Positions 1 through 10,212 of a stretch of 64,000 nucleotides of DNA are shown in pieces. The translations under genes were made by a program, and so were the position numbers. A model generated the notes under the pieces. It had not been told where the DNA came from and ran no database searches. It saw only the letters and a list, made by a program, of their open reading frames with translations. The DNA is from Tumidithrix helvetica PCC 7403 (GTDB lineage Bacteria; Cyanobacteriota; Cyanobacteriia; Pseudanabaenales; Pseudanabaenaceae). The stretch covers positions 64,001-128,000 of the forward strand of contig NZ_CBDDRA010000001.1 in the NCBI RefSeq assembly GCF_965232925.1, written 5' to 3'. Position 1 is the first letter of the stretch; every line of letters begins with the position of its first letter.

Positions 1-411
1 CTTGGGAATTACCATGTGCATAATCATGAGTAATTGATCGTCATATTCTTCGACTTTAGGACGTTGTGGAATATTGACCACATCTTCCAAAGCCAATGGA
101 TGTAGTTGAAATACCTGCCCTAACCTGACGAGCACATCCTCAGAGCCTAGTCCCTGCACATCTACCCACGAAACAGAGGTAGTATCTAAATAGGGAATGC
201 AATCTTCGGGAGTGGAAAGTTGTACCCCCACTGCCGTATCCGCAGCATAATCAATCAGAAAGATATTTGGAACCGTAGCATCTTCATCAATGATGAGCGT
301 TCCGGGAGGGCTGCCAGGTTCGTGGAAGGCATAGGACTCAAAGTTATCATCCTCCTCTTCCTCTCGATCTTCTGGGGGTTCGGGATTTATCTTTGAAAGA
401 TTTTGCAGCAT
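1..411 (-). CDS. corA: Magnesium/cobalt transporter CorA, N-terminal part (gene runs off the window start)
   Basis: My own reverse-complement translation from the ATG at 409-411 gives MLQNLSKINPEPPEDREEEEDD...VDVQGLGSEDVLVRLGQVFQLHPLALEDVVNIPQRPKVEEYDDQLLMI, the typical CorA cytoplasmic N-domain. The ORF track omits it because it is partial. Confidence 0.75.
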   Translation of the reverse strand, partial: MLQNLSKINPEPPEDREEEEDDNFESYAFHEPGSPPGTLIIDEDATVPNIFLIDYAADTAVGVQLSTPEDCIPYLDTTSVSWVDVQGLGSEDVLVRLGQVFQLHPLALEDVVNIPQRPKVEEYDDQLLMIMHMVIPK

Positions 412-579
412 GGTACTTGCGTTCAACCTTGGTGATTTTGGTTTAGTGCTTTTGGCTTAGTGATTTCGGCTTTTGTAACTAGGGCGTAGATTCGTAACAC
501 CCATCGTCAAGTTTGACACATTCTAAGCTATGCTTGCGTCTTTATTGCTGTACGACAGGCAGGAGTAAAGAGCAAAAGA

Positions 580-2193
580 ATGCAACAATTTGTAAATCGC
601 CCCATCCATCAAGGCATCAATTATCAACGCATAAATCGCCAAAATGGCATAAAAGTAGCCAATCTTCTCTTCCTAGCTTGCAGTTCCTTTCTTTTTCTAA
701 GCCAGATCTCAAACCGACCCCAAAATGCCCTTGCTGGAGCTTTACCTGAGACAACGCTCTGGGGCAAACCGACCTGTGATGTCAACAAAGCCGAGATCGC
801 GCAAAAAAACGAGTTACGTAAAGCTGCATTCACCACCAATCCAAAACCCAAGTCTAAGCAGGAATATGGGGCAATTTTAGCGAAGCATAAGATCCAATTA
901 GAGCAGTGCCGCGATCGCACTTGGCCGAAAACCGAAGCCGTCTGGATTAGGCTATATCCCAATGATGCCAAACCTGGTGTGCTAGAGGACGTGCTCGATC
1001 GCGTTGTCAATCGCGGCTATAACCAGATTTTTGTCGAAGTCCTATACGATGGGCGGGTGCTGTTACCTGTGGCTGACAATCCTACGCCTTGGCGATCGGT
1101 GCTAGAGGAAGCGGTAAAAGGGGGGGAAGTAAAGCCAGACTACGACCTATGGGCAGAAACCGTTCGCCTCGGCAAGGAACGGGGCTTAAAAGTCTATGGT
1201 TGGTCATTTGCCATGAATTTTGGCTATGGCTATGGGGAAAACCGAGATCGCACCGCTGTGTTTGCTTTAAATGGAAAAGGTGAGAATAGCATTGCCAGAA
1301 CCCAATTCGATCCCATGCAATTTGCCAAGGGTCGTGCTTTTTATGAAGATGCCTACGAGCGCGATCATCTGTTTGTCGATCCTTACAATGCCCAAGCCAG
1401 AACCGATCTAACGACTGCGATTGAAGCCTTAAATAAAAGGCAACCCGATGGCATGGTTTTCGACTACGTTCGCTATCCCGCCAACTTTGCTGGTACTTCT
1501 CTGGTCAACAATGTCAAGCAACTATGGATTTATGGCGAGGCTTCGCGGAAAGCCTTGCTCAGCCGCATTCCAAACCCTGCGATTCGGAAATTGATGGCGC
1601 TATTTTTAGAGACTGGCACTGTCACTGCGAACGATATCATCAATATTGAAAACGGCGACAAAAATTCAGCCCAGTCCTTGCGAGATAAAACTTCAGACCC
1701 CGTGAGAGCCGCAGAACTTGCCCAAAGAATGCTGTGGCAGCTAGCCACCAACCATGCCTACAACGGTGTCATCGATTTTGTGGCTTCTGTCGCTTTGCCC
1801 CTCAGCCAAAATCGCGTTCCCGTGGGAACTGTGTTTTTCCCCAATGGAAATCGCGCGGAGGCAGGAGGACTTGATATGCGCATGCAAGCTTGGGATCGTT
1901 TCCCCATTTATATGGAACGACATCCTATGACCTATGCTATCTGTGCCGATGGAACCTGCGTAGCCGATCAAGTATCGCAAGTCCTACGTCAATCGTCCCC
2001 ACAAACCTTAGTCTGTCCGATCTTAGCGGGTGCTTGGGGACAAAGCTTTAGAGAACATCCTAGCTTTGAAGTCCAAATGCAAGCGATCCGACAAAAGGAA
2101 GCAAAAATCAACTGTGTCAGTCACTTTGTTTATGCTTGGATGGAGCCTGAGTCCGATCGCCTACGCAAAGCAGGGCTGGCAACGGGGCAATAG
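580..2193 (+). CDS. Secreted TIM-barrel glycoside-hydrolase-like protein (GHL10/DUF187-like); function uncertain
   Basis: 537-aa ORF with a hydrophobic N-terminal segment (ANLLFLACSSFLFLS). The FVEVLYDGRVLLP...FDYVRYP region resembles the hypothetical lipoprotein family annotated as glycoside hydrolase family 10-like. AGGAG lies 15 nt upstream of the ATG at 580. Confidence 0.6.
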   Translation: MQQFVNRPIHQGINYQRINRQNGIKVANLLFLACSSFLFLSQISNRPQNALAGALPETTLWGKPTCDVNKAEIAQKNELRKAAFTTNPKPKSKQEYGAILAKHKIQLEQCRDRTWPKTEAVWIRLYPNDAKPGVLEDVLDRVVNRGYNQIFVEVLYDGRVLLPVADNPTPWRSVLEEAVKGGEVKPDYDLWAETVRLGKERGLKVYGWSFAMNFGYGYGENRDRTAVFALNGKGENSIARTQFDPMQFAKGRAFYEDAYERDHLFVDPYNAQARTDLTTAIEALNKRQPDGMVFDYVRYPANFAGTSLVNNVKQLWIYGEASRKALLSRIPNPAIRKLMALFLETGTVTANDIINIENGDKNSAQSLRDKTSDPVRAAELAQRMLWQLATNHAYNGVIDFVASVALPLSQNRVPVGTVFFPNGNRAEAGGLDMRMQAWDRFPIYMERHPMTYAICADGTCVADQVSQVLRQSSPQTLVCPILAGAWGQSFREHPSFEVQMQAIRQKEAKINCVSHFVYAWMEPESDRLRKAGLATGQ

Positions 2194-2267
2194 CACTATC
2201 TCCGATGAGAGCAAAACCTTCGCAATGGATTCTCTGGTTCCAAGGAATCGTTCGATCGTCCTTGCTA

Positions 2268-2741
2268 TCAGCTCGATCGCTTGGGGCTAGCACTGCGCAA
2301 CACAGCAATCATCAGACAAACCAAACCGACATTAATACTGATATCCGCAATATTAAATACGGGAAAGCGAATCAAGCGAAAATCTAAAAAGTCAACTACA
2401 TAGCCACTGACAAAGCGATCGATCCCATTCCCCATTGCCCCTGCCAAAATGCAGCCATAGCCGACCTGCTCCCAGCGATCGAGCCCATTATGCCAAAGTC
2501 CTAGCCCAATCAGAACGACACTAACCAGAAAAGAAACCCATTTTAGCCCATCAGTGTGACCGCTAAAGAGGCTGAATGCCGCGCCAGTATTGACTGCATA
2601 GGTTAAGTGAAACACCCCTTCCCAGAGAGGGTGTGTGCTAACTCCTTTAAGATGTTGTACGGCAAAATATTTTGTGGCTTGATCGAGGAGTAACCAGGTC
2701 GAAGCTGCAATCCAGAAAAAAAGGTTCTTGATCATGCCCAA
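2268..2741 (-). CDS. lspA: Lipoprotein signal peptidase (signal peptidase II)
   Basis: 157 aa, four TM segments, conserved FNIAD and NTGAAF motifs. Confidence 0.9.
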   Translation of the reverse strand: MGMIKNLFFWIAASTWLLLDQATKYFAVQHLKGVSTHPLWEGVFHLTYAVNTGAAFSLFSGHTDGLKWVSFLVSVVLIGLGLWHNGLDRWEQVGYGCILAGAMGNGIDRFVSGYVVDFLDFRLIRFPVFNIADISINVGLVCLMIAVLRSASPKRSS

Positions 2742-2786
2742 GCTAAATTGTTCAATCTAGTTTCGTTAAGTCTTTGTCCATGCGAA

Positions 2787-2827
2787 ATAATCACTTACGC
2801 ATTAACATTGCATCAGCGTTAATGCGT
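2787..2827 (-). terminator. Stem-loop downstream of the hli gene
   Basis: CTTACGCATTAAC ... GTTAATGCGTAAG inverted repeat (13-bp arms), about 10 nt 3' of the hli stop on the minus strand. No strong U-tract follows. Confidence 0.35.
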
Positions 2828-2837
2828 AAAGCCCTGA

Positions 2838-3011
2838 TTAAGCAACATTAATCAAGCCTAGCCATGCCAGCACGCCTTGTCCTGTGACAAATTCAATCAC
2901 AACCGCTAACAAAAAGCCGATCATCGCAGCTCGCCCATTTAGACGCTCAGCATAGGTATTAAACCCAAACTTTGGATCGGTTGCTTGGGGAGTTTGTGTA
3001 GGTTCAGTCAC
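2838..3011 (-). CDS. hli: High-light-inducible protein (Hli/Scp, one-helix CAB-like protein)
   Basis: Not in the ORF track (57 aa). My translation of the minus strand: VTEPTQTPQATDPKFGFNTYAERLNGRAAMIGFLLAVVIEFVTGQGVLAWLGLINVA. It has the ERLNGRAAMIGF chlorophyll-binding motif. GTG start with GGAG 9 nt upstream. Confidence 0.7.
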   Translation of the reverse strand: MTEPTQTPQATDPKFGFNTYAERLNGRAAMIGFLLAVVIEFVTGQGVLAWLGLINVA

Positions 3012-3245
3012 GATCGATATGCTCCTATGCTTGTCGAGTTAAGATTTGTTATTCTAGGCTACTATTTTAACGCGAGTTCGGGATCGGAAAACCTGAAACC
3101 CTATATATCTGCTGGTAGTTTTCACCAGTTTTGCTGACAGTGAGTGAGCATTAAGAGCGATCGCGTACCGCTAGTAGGTGAAAGCCCAGTACAAAGCCAA
3201 AGAATAGTCAAATAAACAACGGGAACTGTATTCAGTTTTTCTTCC

Positions 3246-4301
3246 TTATAGTGGCTCGATTAAACCACCGCCCAACAACAAGTCACCTGAATAGAACACC
3301 GCCGCTTGTCCGGGCGTAATACTAAACTGCGGTTCGTCAAACACAATGCGAGCGCGATTGGTTTCACAGGGAACAATTGTGGCTGGCGCAGGGGGGGTAC
3401 GATAGCGAATTTGCACCTCTGCCCGAATTGGACTCGTTGCAGGAGCGAGAGATACCCAGTTGATCTGATTAATCGTACATTCCTGTGCTTGAGTTTCCGA
3501 GCGATCGCCCACAATTACCTCATTTCTACCTGCATCAATTGCCACGACATACAGAGGATTTGCTGCTGCTACGCCCAAACCTTTACGCTGACCGATCGTG
3601 TAATGATGCGAACCGTCATGTTCGCCCAAAATATTGCCTTGCGTATCGACAATATTACCTTTGCGCTGATAAATGTATCGATCGAGAAATTCTCGCATTG
3701 AACCATGGGCTTCAATCAAGCATAAATCTTGGCTTTCTGGTTTTTCGGCAGTCGTCAGTCCAAACTGTGTAGCAATCTGACGAGTTTCGGCTTTGGTGAG
3801 TTCGCCTAATGGAAACACGCAATGACCGAGATCGGTTTGCGGCACTTCATATAAAAAGTAAGACTGATCCTTGGTGCGATCGACAGCACGATACAACTGA
3901 TAACGTCCAGAATCAGGATCGAAATTTATGCGGGCATAGTGTCCCGTAGCGATCGTCTTAATGCCTAGCTGTTCCCTTGCATATTGCAACATGGGGGTAA
4001 ATTTTACGGCTTTGTTACAGCGCGAGCAGGGCAGAGGGGTATTGCCTGCCGCATAGCCTGTCACTAGATAGTTAATAATGTTTTGCTCAAACACATCGCG
4101 GCTATCGACAATCTCATGGGGAATGTTTAACTGTTCGCAAATTTTAGCGGCATCGACCATACCATCCGAACAGCATTGCCCCTTACCTCGCATTAACCAT
4201 AGGGTTAAGCCAGTCACGTCATACCCCTGCTGATGCAATAATGCTGCTGCAACAGAGCTATCTACACCGCCTGACAAGCCAACAACTACTTTTTCCACCA
4301 T
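3246..4301 (-). CDS. mnmA: tRNA-specific 2-thiouridylase MnmA
   Basis: 351 aa; N-terminal PP-loop [15 protein letters not shown] and the conserved Cys residues. Confidence 0.9.
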   Translation of the reverse strand: MVEKVVVGLSGGVDSSVAAALLHQQGYDVTGLTLWLMRGKGQCCSDGMVDAAKICEQLNIPHEIVDSRDVFEQNIINYLVTGYAAGNTPLPCSRCNKAVKFTPMLQYAREQLGIKTIATGHYARINFDPDSGRYQLYRAVDRTKDQSYFLYEVPQTDLGHCVFPLGELTKAETRQIATQFGLTTAEKPESQDLCLIEAHGSMREFLDRYIYQRKGNIVDTQGNILGEHDGSHHYTIGQRKGLGVAAANPLYVVAIDAGRNEVIVGDRSETQAQECTINQINWVSLAPATSPIRAEVQIRYRTPPAPATIVPCETNRARIVFDEPQFSITPGQAAVFYSGDLLLGGGLIEPL

Positions 4302-4443
4302 AACTTTAAGTTCAGAGATTGTGACACTACTTTGAGTGCGAACCCTATTGTAACTACTCTAGCAATAGAATTGGTTTATTCGGTCAGAATTACTACCTTG
4401 TGCAAATTAACAAGTCACTATACCTAACTACATAGGGGAGCTA

Positions 4444-5280
4444 ATGAAAATCTCTGAGTGCTACAACTGTGGATCGAGGCAACATACCTTCTATGCTGAA
4501 GAGAACGGCTTCTCATTAGTGAAGTGCGACCAATGCGGGCTCTTGTTTGTTGAGAATCGTCCAGACGATCGTGAAATCTCTCAAGCGCACAAACAAGGGA
4601 AGCATGTTGGCGTCAAGGAATTTGATGTGACGGGTAGGTTCAGACCGAGCAAAATCCCCCAATATCTTAAGGTGCTGGAGAATCTATTCAAAGGAGATTT
4701 AGGCAGTAAAAAAACATGGCTGGATATTGGTTGCGGACATGGAGAATTTATGACAGCCGTTCAAAAATATAGTTCTGGGAAAGTTACCGTAAAAGGAACG
4801 GAGCCGAACGTCCACAAACAAGAATCGGCAATAAGCCGAGGTTTAAATGTCAGCTATTTCGACATAGAGTCGCACGAAGAAAGATACGATGTCATCTCCA
4901 TGTTAAACGTATATTCCCACCTTCCCGATCCACCTACGTTTCTAAGGTCGGTGAAAAAATTATTAAACCCAGGAGGAGAACTCATTTTAGAGACAGGAGA
5001 TGCGGCAGGTTTCTCAGCAAACGATCAACCTCGTCCCTTCTGCCTACCCGATCATTTGAGTTTCGCATCTGAAGATATCTTGATAGGAATTTTGGCGCGA
5101 CTGGACTTTGAGATTCTTAGAATCAATAAGTACTCTTTTATGCAATTTGATTTAAACAGTATGGCTAGAGAACTTGTCAAAGCTATTTTGCCCCAATATA
5201 AATCCAGAATAGGATACTACTTGAAGTGGAAAATGTACGCTCAGACAGATATGTTCATTAGAGCAAGAATAAAAAGCTGA
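4444..5280 (+). CDS. Class I SAM-dependent methyltransferase with N-terminal Zn-ribbon
   Basis: CxxC...CxxC in CYNCG...CDQCG; SAM motif I LDIGCGHG; motif post-I and ILETGD. Confidence 0.8.
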   Translation: MKISECYNCGSRQHTFYAEENGFSLVKCDQCGLLFVENRPDDREISQAHKQGKHVGVKEFDVTGRFRPSKIPQYLKVLENLFKGDLGSKKTWLDIGCGHGEFMTAVQKYSSGKVTVKGTEPNVHKQESAISRGLNVSYFDIESHEERYDVISMLNVYSHLPDPPTFLRSVKKLLNPGGELILETGDAAGFSANDQPRPFCLPDHLSFASEDILIGILARLDFEILRINKYSFMQFDLNSMARELVKAILPQYKSRIGYYLKWKMYAQTDMFIRARIKS

Positions 5281-5403
5281 AATTGGTATAAATCATCTTG
5301 TATGCGCGATAGCCTTTCTCTCGCTACAAAGCAACTTCCCATAGGGTAGGGAAGCACTCCACAAATAGATGGGCTTGGTCTTTTTATGCCGAACTCAGGG
5401 TAG

Positions 5404-7572
5404 TTAATTTTTCCCAGAGACATTTAGCCTAGAAGACTGCAACTGACCGATCTGTTGCTGTACTTGAGGTGCATAGATGCGCAAGTAATTCCAATAGTTG
5501 CTAAATACCCGTTCCACATACCCTCTGGTTTCCTCATAGGGAATGTTATTGACGAACTCATCAGGATCGCCTAGTCCCCGACTTTCTACCCATCGCCCGA
5601 TCGCCCCAGGTCCCGCATTATAACTAGCTACCGCCAGCATGGAATTATTGCCGTTGCGCTGGTGGGTATAGTCCAAATACCAAGTACCAAAATTGATATT
5701 GTCTTCAGGGTTGCTGAGCGAATAGCCCTTTACACCCTTCTTACTAGCAATCCATTCACCCGTATCAGGCATAATCTGCATCAAGCCTACTGCCCCCGAT
5801 CGCGAAAGAATCTGTGCTTCAAACCGCGATTCTTGCCGCATTAGACCCAATACTAACGCAGGAGGAAGTCTTCGTTCCTGCGACCAATTTGCGACTTGAT
5901 TCCAATAGGGGAAAGGATAGAGGCTCTGCCAATAGATCGGCTGTTGCTGCAAAATTTTAATTTCGGCGCGTTCGGCAGCACTGACATCGATCGTATCAAG
6001 GCTCTCTAACTTACGAATACCCTGAAGGTTGTCATTCACCCCAACCCGAATTACACCATCCGTAAAGATTTCCCTTGGGGTCAAGCTGCGTTTGCCTCTC
6101 GTCTCAAACTGCCAGCGATCGCTGGCATCCTGATTCATCCCCAAGATATATAGTTCTTGGAACTGCGCTGAGCCTGCGGGTAAGCCCGTGCGAATGCTAG
6201 GGAGGCTGAGTGGAAGATTGATATTTCGAGCCGTGGTAAAGTCTCCCACTTGCCAGCCTAAATAACTTGCCGATCGCCAAGCGAAATAAGAATCTGGGTG
6301 CTTGCGAATGGCAAATTCAAACAACTGTCGCGAAGCGTTGCGATCGCTGATGCGAGTTGCCCATTTTCCACCCCAAAAACTTGCTTCTGCCGCGATCGCA
6401 CTGTCGGGAGCATTATTCGTTAAAATCTGAACGGAAGCGATCGCCTGCTTGAGATTCCCCGCATTGGCATGACCTTTGGCAATGCGCCAGTAGATCTCTC
6501 CTGCTTCGTTGGTGTTGGGAAAGCGACTTAACAAGAGATTTCTCGCCACACTCGCCGCCTGCGGACTGCCCAGTTTATCTTGCAGCAAATCGGCTTTTTC
6601 GATCAGCGCTTCTGCTGCCGTATCGGGATAGCTTGCCACAATCCGATCTGCAACAGTCACCGCTTGACTGGGGTCAGCAATTTGCATAATCCGAATTAAA
6701 GCTCTTGGTGCTTCAGGACTTTGAGCATATTGCTGGGCGACGCGATTGTAAGCTCCTAGAGCTGCATCAATTTGTTTGCCGCGATGCAAACTACGTCCAA
6801 TACGATAAGCCGTAAAAGAGTTGGGTGTGGCTCTCAGATAGGCGTTGGCTGATTTTTGAAATTCAAAATTGTCGTAATAGGCATCTGCCACCGCCCACCA
6901 CTGATCTGGAGTTAGCCTTGCCCCACTATCGACGAGGCGATTGAGCAAAGGTACGATCTGCTTATAGTCATTGAAATAGAATGCCAAGTGAACCATTAGA
7001 TCGGTACGCTGAGGATTTTGACTTAAGCCTGACAGCGCTACACTGAGCGATCGCGGGTGAGAAGGAAATTTTTGTAATAGCTGTTGTGTTTGCCCCGTCA
7101 CAAACAGGGCTTCTGCGGCTACGGGACTATTGGCATAGTTGGTAAGAATCTGATTCCAAACGGCTTTGGCAGCATTACCATCTCTGGCTTGGGTAAATGC
7201 TTGCGCCCGTTTGAGCAGGACATATTCGGCTAATAGAGGATATTCTTTTTCTAAGCCTTCGAGGGCTGCGATCGCGGCACGAGGATTTTTATTGTCTAGG
7301 TAAAGATTGGCTAGGGTCAAGCGCGATCGGCTCCGCTCTAAGCTTGCCTCATTTGCCTTGGCTTTGAGTTCTAATTGCGCAATGCGTTGGTTGTAGGGTA
7401 AAAAGGTTAACGGGTCAAAGGGTTTGACATTGCCAAAATTGGTTAAACCTGTGGCACTGGCAGAGGCGTTGGGATTTAGCTCAGAGTTTAGATTTGTGGG
7501 TAAGGGGGCACTAGATCCTGCTAGTGTGGCACTTAGAGCGATCGCAATTGACCAATTCATGAATTTTTTCAT
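5404..7572 (-). CDS. Soluble lytic murein transglycosylase (TPR-like superhelical domain plus SLT catalytic domain)
   Basis: C-terminal LMRQESRFEAQILSRSGAVGLMQIMPDTG...SYNAGPG motifs. The likely start is MKKFMNWSIAIALSATLAGS at 7572 (signal peptide); the ORF track extends to 7611. Confidence 0.85.
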   Translation of the reverse strand: MKKFMNWSIAIALSATLAGSSAPLPTNLNSELNPNASASATGLTNFGNVKPFDPLTFLPYNQRIAQLELKAKANEASLERSRSRLTLANLYLDNKNPRAAIAALEGLEKEYPLLAEYVLLKRAQAFTQARDGNAAKAVWNQILTNYANSPVAAEALFVTGQTQQLLQKFPSHPRSLSVALSGLSQNPQRTDLMVHLAFYFNDYKQIVPLLNRLVDSGARLTPDQWWAVADAYYDNFEFQKSANAYLRATPNSFTAYRIGRSLHRGKQIDAALGAYNRVAQQYAQSPEAPRALIRIMQIADPSQAVTVADRIVASYPDTAAEALIEKADLLQDKLGSPQAASVARNLLLSRFPNTNEAGEIYWRIAKGHANAGNLKQAIASVQILTNNAPDSAIAAEASFWGGKWATRISDRNASRQLFEFAIRKHPDSYFAWRSASYLGWQVGDFTTARNINLPLSLPSIRTGLPAGSAQFQELYILGMNQDASDRWQFETRGKRSLTPREIFTDGVIRVGVNDNLQGIRKLESLDTIDVSAAERAEIKILQQQPIYWQSLYPFPYWNQVANWSQERRLPPALVLGLMRQESRFEAQILSRSGAVGLMQIMPDTGEWIASKKGVKGYSLSNPEDNINFGTWYLDYTHQRNGNNSMLAVASYNAGPGAIGRWVESRGLGDPDEFVNNIPYEETRGYVERVFSNYWNYLRIYAPQVQQQIGQLQSSRLNVSGKN

Positions 7573-7813
7573 CTCAATCCGTTTGTCTCGTGGGCGATCA
7601 TAGCACCACAATCAAGCCCCTTTATGAAGACTTGACGAATTTCTATGAATTCATCTGCCCCATGTCAATTCGTAGATAAAGCTGTAATTTTTTAAATCCG
7701 AAGTCAAAAATCTCCACGCCTGTATGAAAGCCTCCAGTATTTACGGTTATGCCCTCGCAAGATTCTTAGAGCGCGATTGAGCAGTCCGTGCCCCAGCAAC
7801 TTTTTCGAAACAC

Positions 7814-8233
7814 TCAATCCAAATCAGTAATGCTGGCTCTTAAGGCTTTAATTTCGCCACGCTTGGTTTTACGATCGAGCCGTCTGCTTTGAGCGCCGCG
7901 TGAGGGCTTGGTAGGTTTACGCTTTGTTGGCAAGATCGTCACACTTTGAATCAAGAGCTGGAGGCGTTTTAAGGCATCTTCTTTATTTTGTTCTTGGGTA
8001 CGGTGCTGTTGGGCCTTAATGATAATCACGCCATCTTTTGTGATGCGGCGATCGCTTAAATTCAACAGTCGTTCCTTGTAGATCGGCGATAGGGAGGATG
8101 CGTTGATATCGAAGCGCAAATGAATTGCCGTAGCGACCTTATTCACATTTTGACCGCCTGCCCCCTGCGATCGGATGGCGCTAATACTAATTTCCTCGAT
8201 CGCGAGGGCGGTGTTTTTGGTGATTTGGAGCAT
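7814..8233 (-). CDS. arfB: Alternative ribosome-rescue factor ArfB (peptidyl-tRNA hydrolase, GGQ family)
   Basis: 139 aa; GGQ motif in SQGAGGQNVNK; basic C-terminal tail. Confidence 0.85.
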   Translation of the reverse strand: MLQITKNTALAIEEISISAIRSQGAGGQNVNKVATAIHLRFDINASSLSPIYKERLLNLSDRRITKDGVIIIKAQQHRTQEQNKEDALKRLQLLIQSVTILPTKRKPTKPSRGAQSRRLDRKTKRGEIKALRASITDLD

Positions 8234-9231
8234 TAGGGTGCGCTGTCCTTGACATGCTCTTCCCAGCGACGGGGCGGCGAACTGCGGCGAATGTCTCGCC
8301 AGATGCCCGTTGCAGCTAATGTGCCATCTGCCACGGCGATCGATATTTGATTGAGACCTTGTTTAAGATCGCCAAGGGCAAAAATTCTTGGATGAGAAGT
8401 ACGACACATCTCGTCAGTGACTAAATTCTCGCCACTGCGCTTGAGATCGATCTCTTTGAGATAGCCATTATGATAATGCGATCCCATTGCCACCAGACCC
8501 GTCTCTAATTCAAGCTCTGAGCCATCGACAAAACGCACACCTGTCATGTTGTGGTCATGTCCCAAAAATTTGGCGATCGGCTGTTCGTAGAGTGGATAGC
8601 CATGTTCGGCAAGCTTCGCACGCATTTCGGCTCCGACTTCGCAAGTGCCGTGGGTAATCACGCTGATATAGGGGGTGAACCAGTTGAGCACAAAGGCTGT
8701 ATTGATCGCAGCTTCAGAGCCAACAAATAGACCGCACCGTTTATCGCCAATTTCATAGCCATCGCAAATCATACAGACGTGAAGGTTATAGCCTGCATAG
8801 TCATAGACATTTTGCATGTCTTCTAACTGGGGCAATTTATCAATAATGCCACTCGCCGCTACAACATACTTGGTACGAAACGTAGCATATTCACTATTTT
8901 CTTTGCCAATTTTAACTTTGACGGCAAAGGTTTCACCCTCGTCAGTAACTTCTTCGACAAAGCCCCGTAAATAGTCACCGTCAAGTTCTAGAAAGCGATC
9001 TTGCCCGTCTTTTAGTAAGTCTCGCCCAGAGGTGTCATGGGACAGTCCCAAATAATTCGTCAGATTCTGCATCCAAAAAGAACGACCTTTACCTTTCTCG
9101 ATCACGAGGCAAGAAAGACGGTAACGCGCCAGATAAAGCGCTGCTGATAAGCCTCCTGCCCCACCACCAACAACGATCGCGTCATAGATGCGATCGAGCC
9201 TTTGTGACAGATTCTTTTTCGCAAGTTTCAT
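8233..9231 (-). CDS. FAD/NAD(P)-dependent oxidoreductase, thioredoxin-reductase-like fold
   Basis: N-terminal GGGAGG dinucleotide-binding motif; 332 aa. Its stop overlaps the arfB start by 1 nt, which suggests translational coupling. Confidence 0.75.
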   Translation of the reverse strand: MKLAKKNLSQRLDRIYDAIVVGGGAGGLSAALYLARYRLSCLVIEKGKGRSFWMQNLTNYLGLSHDTSGRDLLKDGQDRFLELDGDYLRGFVEEVTDEGETFAVKVKIGKENSEYATFRTKYVVAASGIIDKLPQLEDMQNVYDYAGYNLHVCMICDGYEIGDKRCGLFVGSEAAINTAFVLNWFTPYISVITHGTCEVGAEMRAKLAEHGYPLYEQPIAKFLGHDHNMTGVRFVDGSELELETGLVAMGSHYHNGYLKEIDLKRSGENLVTDEMCRTSHPRIFALGDLKQGLNQISIAVADGTLAATGIWRDIRRSSPPRRWEEHVKDSAP

Positions 9232-9375
9232 AGTAATTCTATAGCTGAGAAAAATTTTTCGTTGACAAGATATTTTCTGGGAGTTGACTGATAAGAATCT
9301 TTATAGGATCGATATTTTGCCTGACATGGAAGCAAATACGGCGATTCCACAGAATTGACAATTGATTAAGGATTG

Positions 9376-9629
9376 CTAAATAAACGTGAATTCGGGATAA
9401 GAACATCTAAAATTTCTGATCTAGTAGTCGATTTTTCTGATCTCTTCATAATTCCAAATCCGCCTAGATAAATCCTTCCTAATTTATCTAGATAATCAGG
9501 GCAGCACGCACCATCCACTGCCCCTACGAAAATTGGGTAGGGGCGATGGATGGTGTGTGCTTGCCCTGCTCCCTTATATAACCAATATTTTGTCTCAAAA
9601 TCTTTATCCCAAATTCACGTTAAATAAAG
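9376..9629. mobile_element. MITE-like non-coding element bounded by imperfect ~23-bp terminal inverted repeats, with internal palindromes
   Basis: CTAAATAAACGTGAATTCGGGAT at 9376-9398 pairs with ATCCCAAATTCACGTTAAATAAAG at 9606-9629 (about 18/23 complementary). Inside are the CTAGATAAAT...ATTTATCTAG palindrome (9464-9491) and a ~31-bp-arm hairpin (9497-9568). No ORF. Confidence 0.35.
9497..9568. repeat. Long imperfect hairpin with a CCCCTAC / GTAGGGG core
   Basis: Left arm CAGGGCAGCACGCACCATCCACTGCCCCTAC, loop GAAAATTGG, right arm GTAGGGGCGATGGATGGTGTGTGCTTGCCCTG. The arms are complementary with about 3 mismatches or indels. Confidence 0.6.
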
Positions 9630-9732
9630 GTAAAAGACTATTGAGAATTATTATGGCTTAACTCAGATTTTGCCGATATCTTTCTTAAGCTCTAAATTGC
9701 CCCCTATTACCTAGTCTACAGATAGGTCTTTT

Positions 9733-9759
9733 AATCAAAAAGCCTGCATAGGCAGGCTT
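9733..9759 (-). terminator. Rho-independent terminator of the rpsI ribosomal-protein operon
   Basis: On the minus strand: AAGCCTGC-CTAT-GCAGGCTT followed by TTTTGATTAA, 37 nt after the rpsI stop. Perfect 8-bp GC-rich stem plus a U-tract. Confidence 0.8.
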
Positions 9760-9795
9760 CTGAAGCTTTTGTGTAATTTGCTAAAGCAAACAAGA

Positions 9796-10209
9796 TTAAC
9801 GCTTTGAGTATTGAGGCGCTTTGCGGGCTTTGCGCAAACCGTATTTTTTCCGTTCTTTAGCGCGGGGATCGCGGGTAAGGTAGCCTTCTGTTTTGAGAGG
9901 CTTGCGATTCTCAGGGGCTAACTCACATAGGGCACGAGCAACACCTAACCGAATCGCATCTGCCTGTCCAGTAACCCCACCACCATGAATATTGACCAGA
10001 ATGTCATACTCATTTTCTAGACCCAAAGTTTCTAGGGGAGCTTTTACACCAGCAATATAGCTGGGGTTAAATTGCAAATAGAGATCGCCTGGTTTGTCAT
10101 TGATCGTAATGCTGCCACTACCTGGCACCAAACGAACTCTGGCAACAGCGGTCTTACGACGACCTGTGCCCCAGTAAACCGCGCGATTAGATTGATCGGT
10201 AGCTTGCAT
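9796..10209 (-). CDS. rpsI: 30S ribosomal protein S9
   Basis: 137 aa; [10 protein letters not shown] and the C-terminal [18 protein letters not shown]. Confidence 0.95.
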   Translation of the reverse strand: MQATDQSNRAVYWGTGRRKTAVARVRLVPGSGSITINDKPGDLYLQFNPSYIAGVKAPLETLGLENEYDILVNIHGGGVTGQADAIRLGVARALCELAPENRKPLKTEGYLTRDPRAKERKKYGLRKARKAPQYSKR

Positions 10210-10212
10210 AGG

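Noticed and set aside
430-475. Short imperfect tandem TTAGTGCTTTTGGC / TTAGTGATTTCGGC upstream of the GHL10-like gene.
   Set aside because: Only two degenerate units. Likely chance or a trivial slippage relic.
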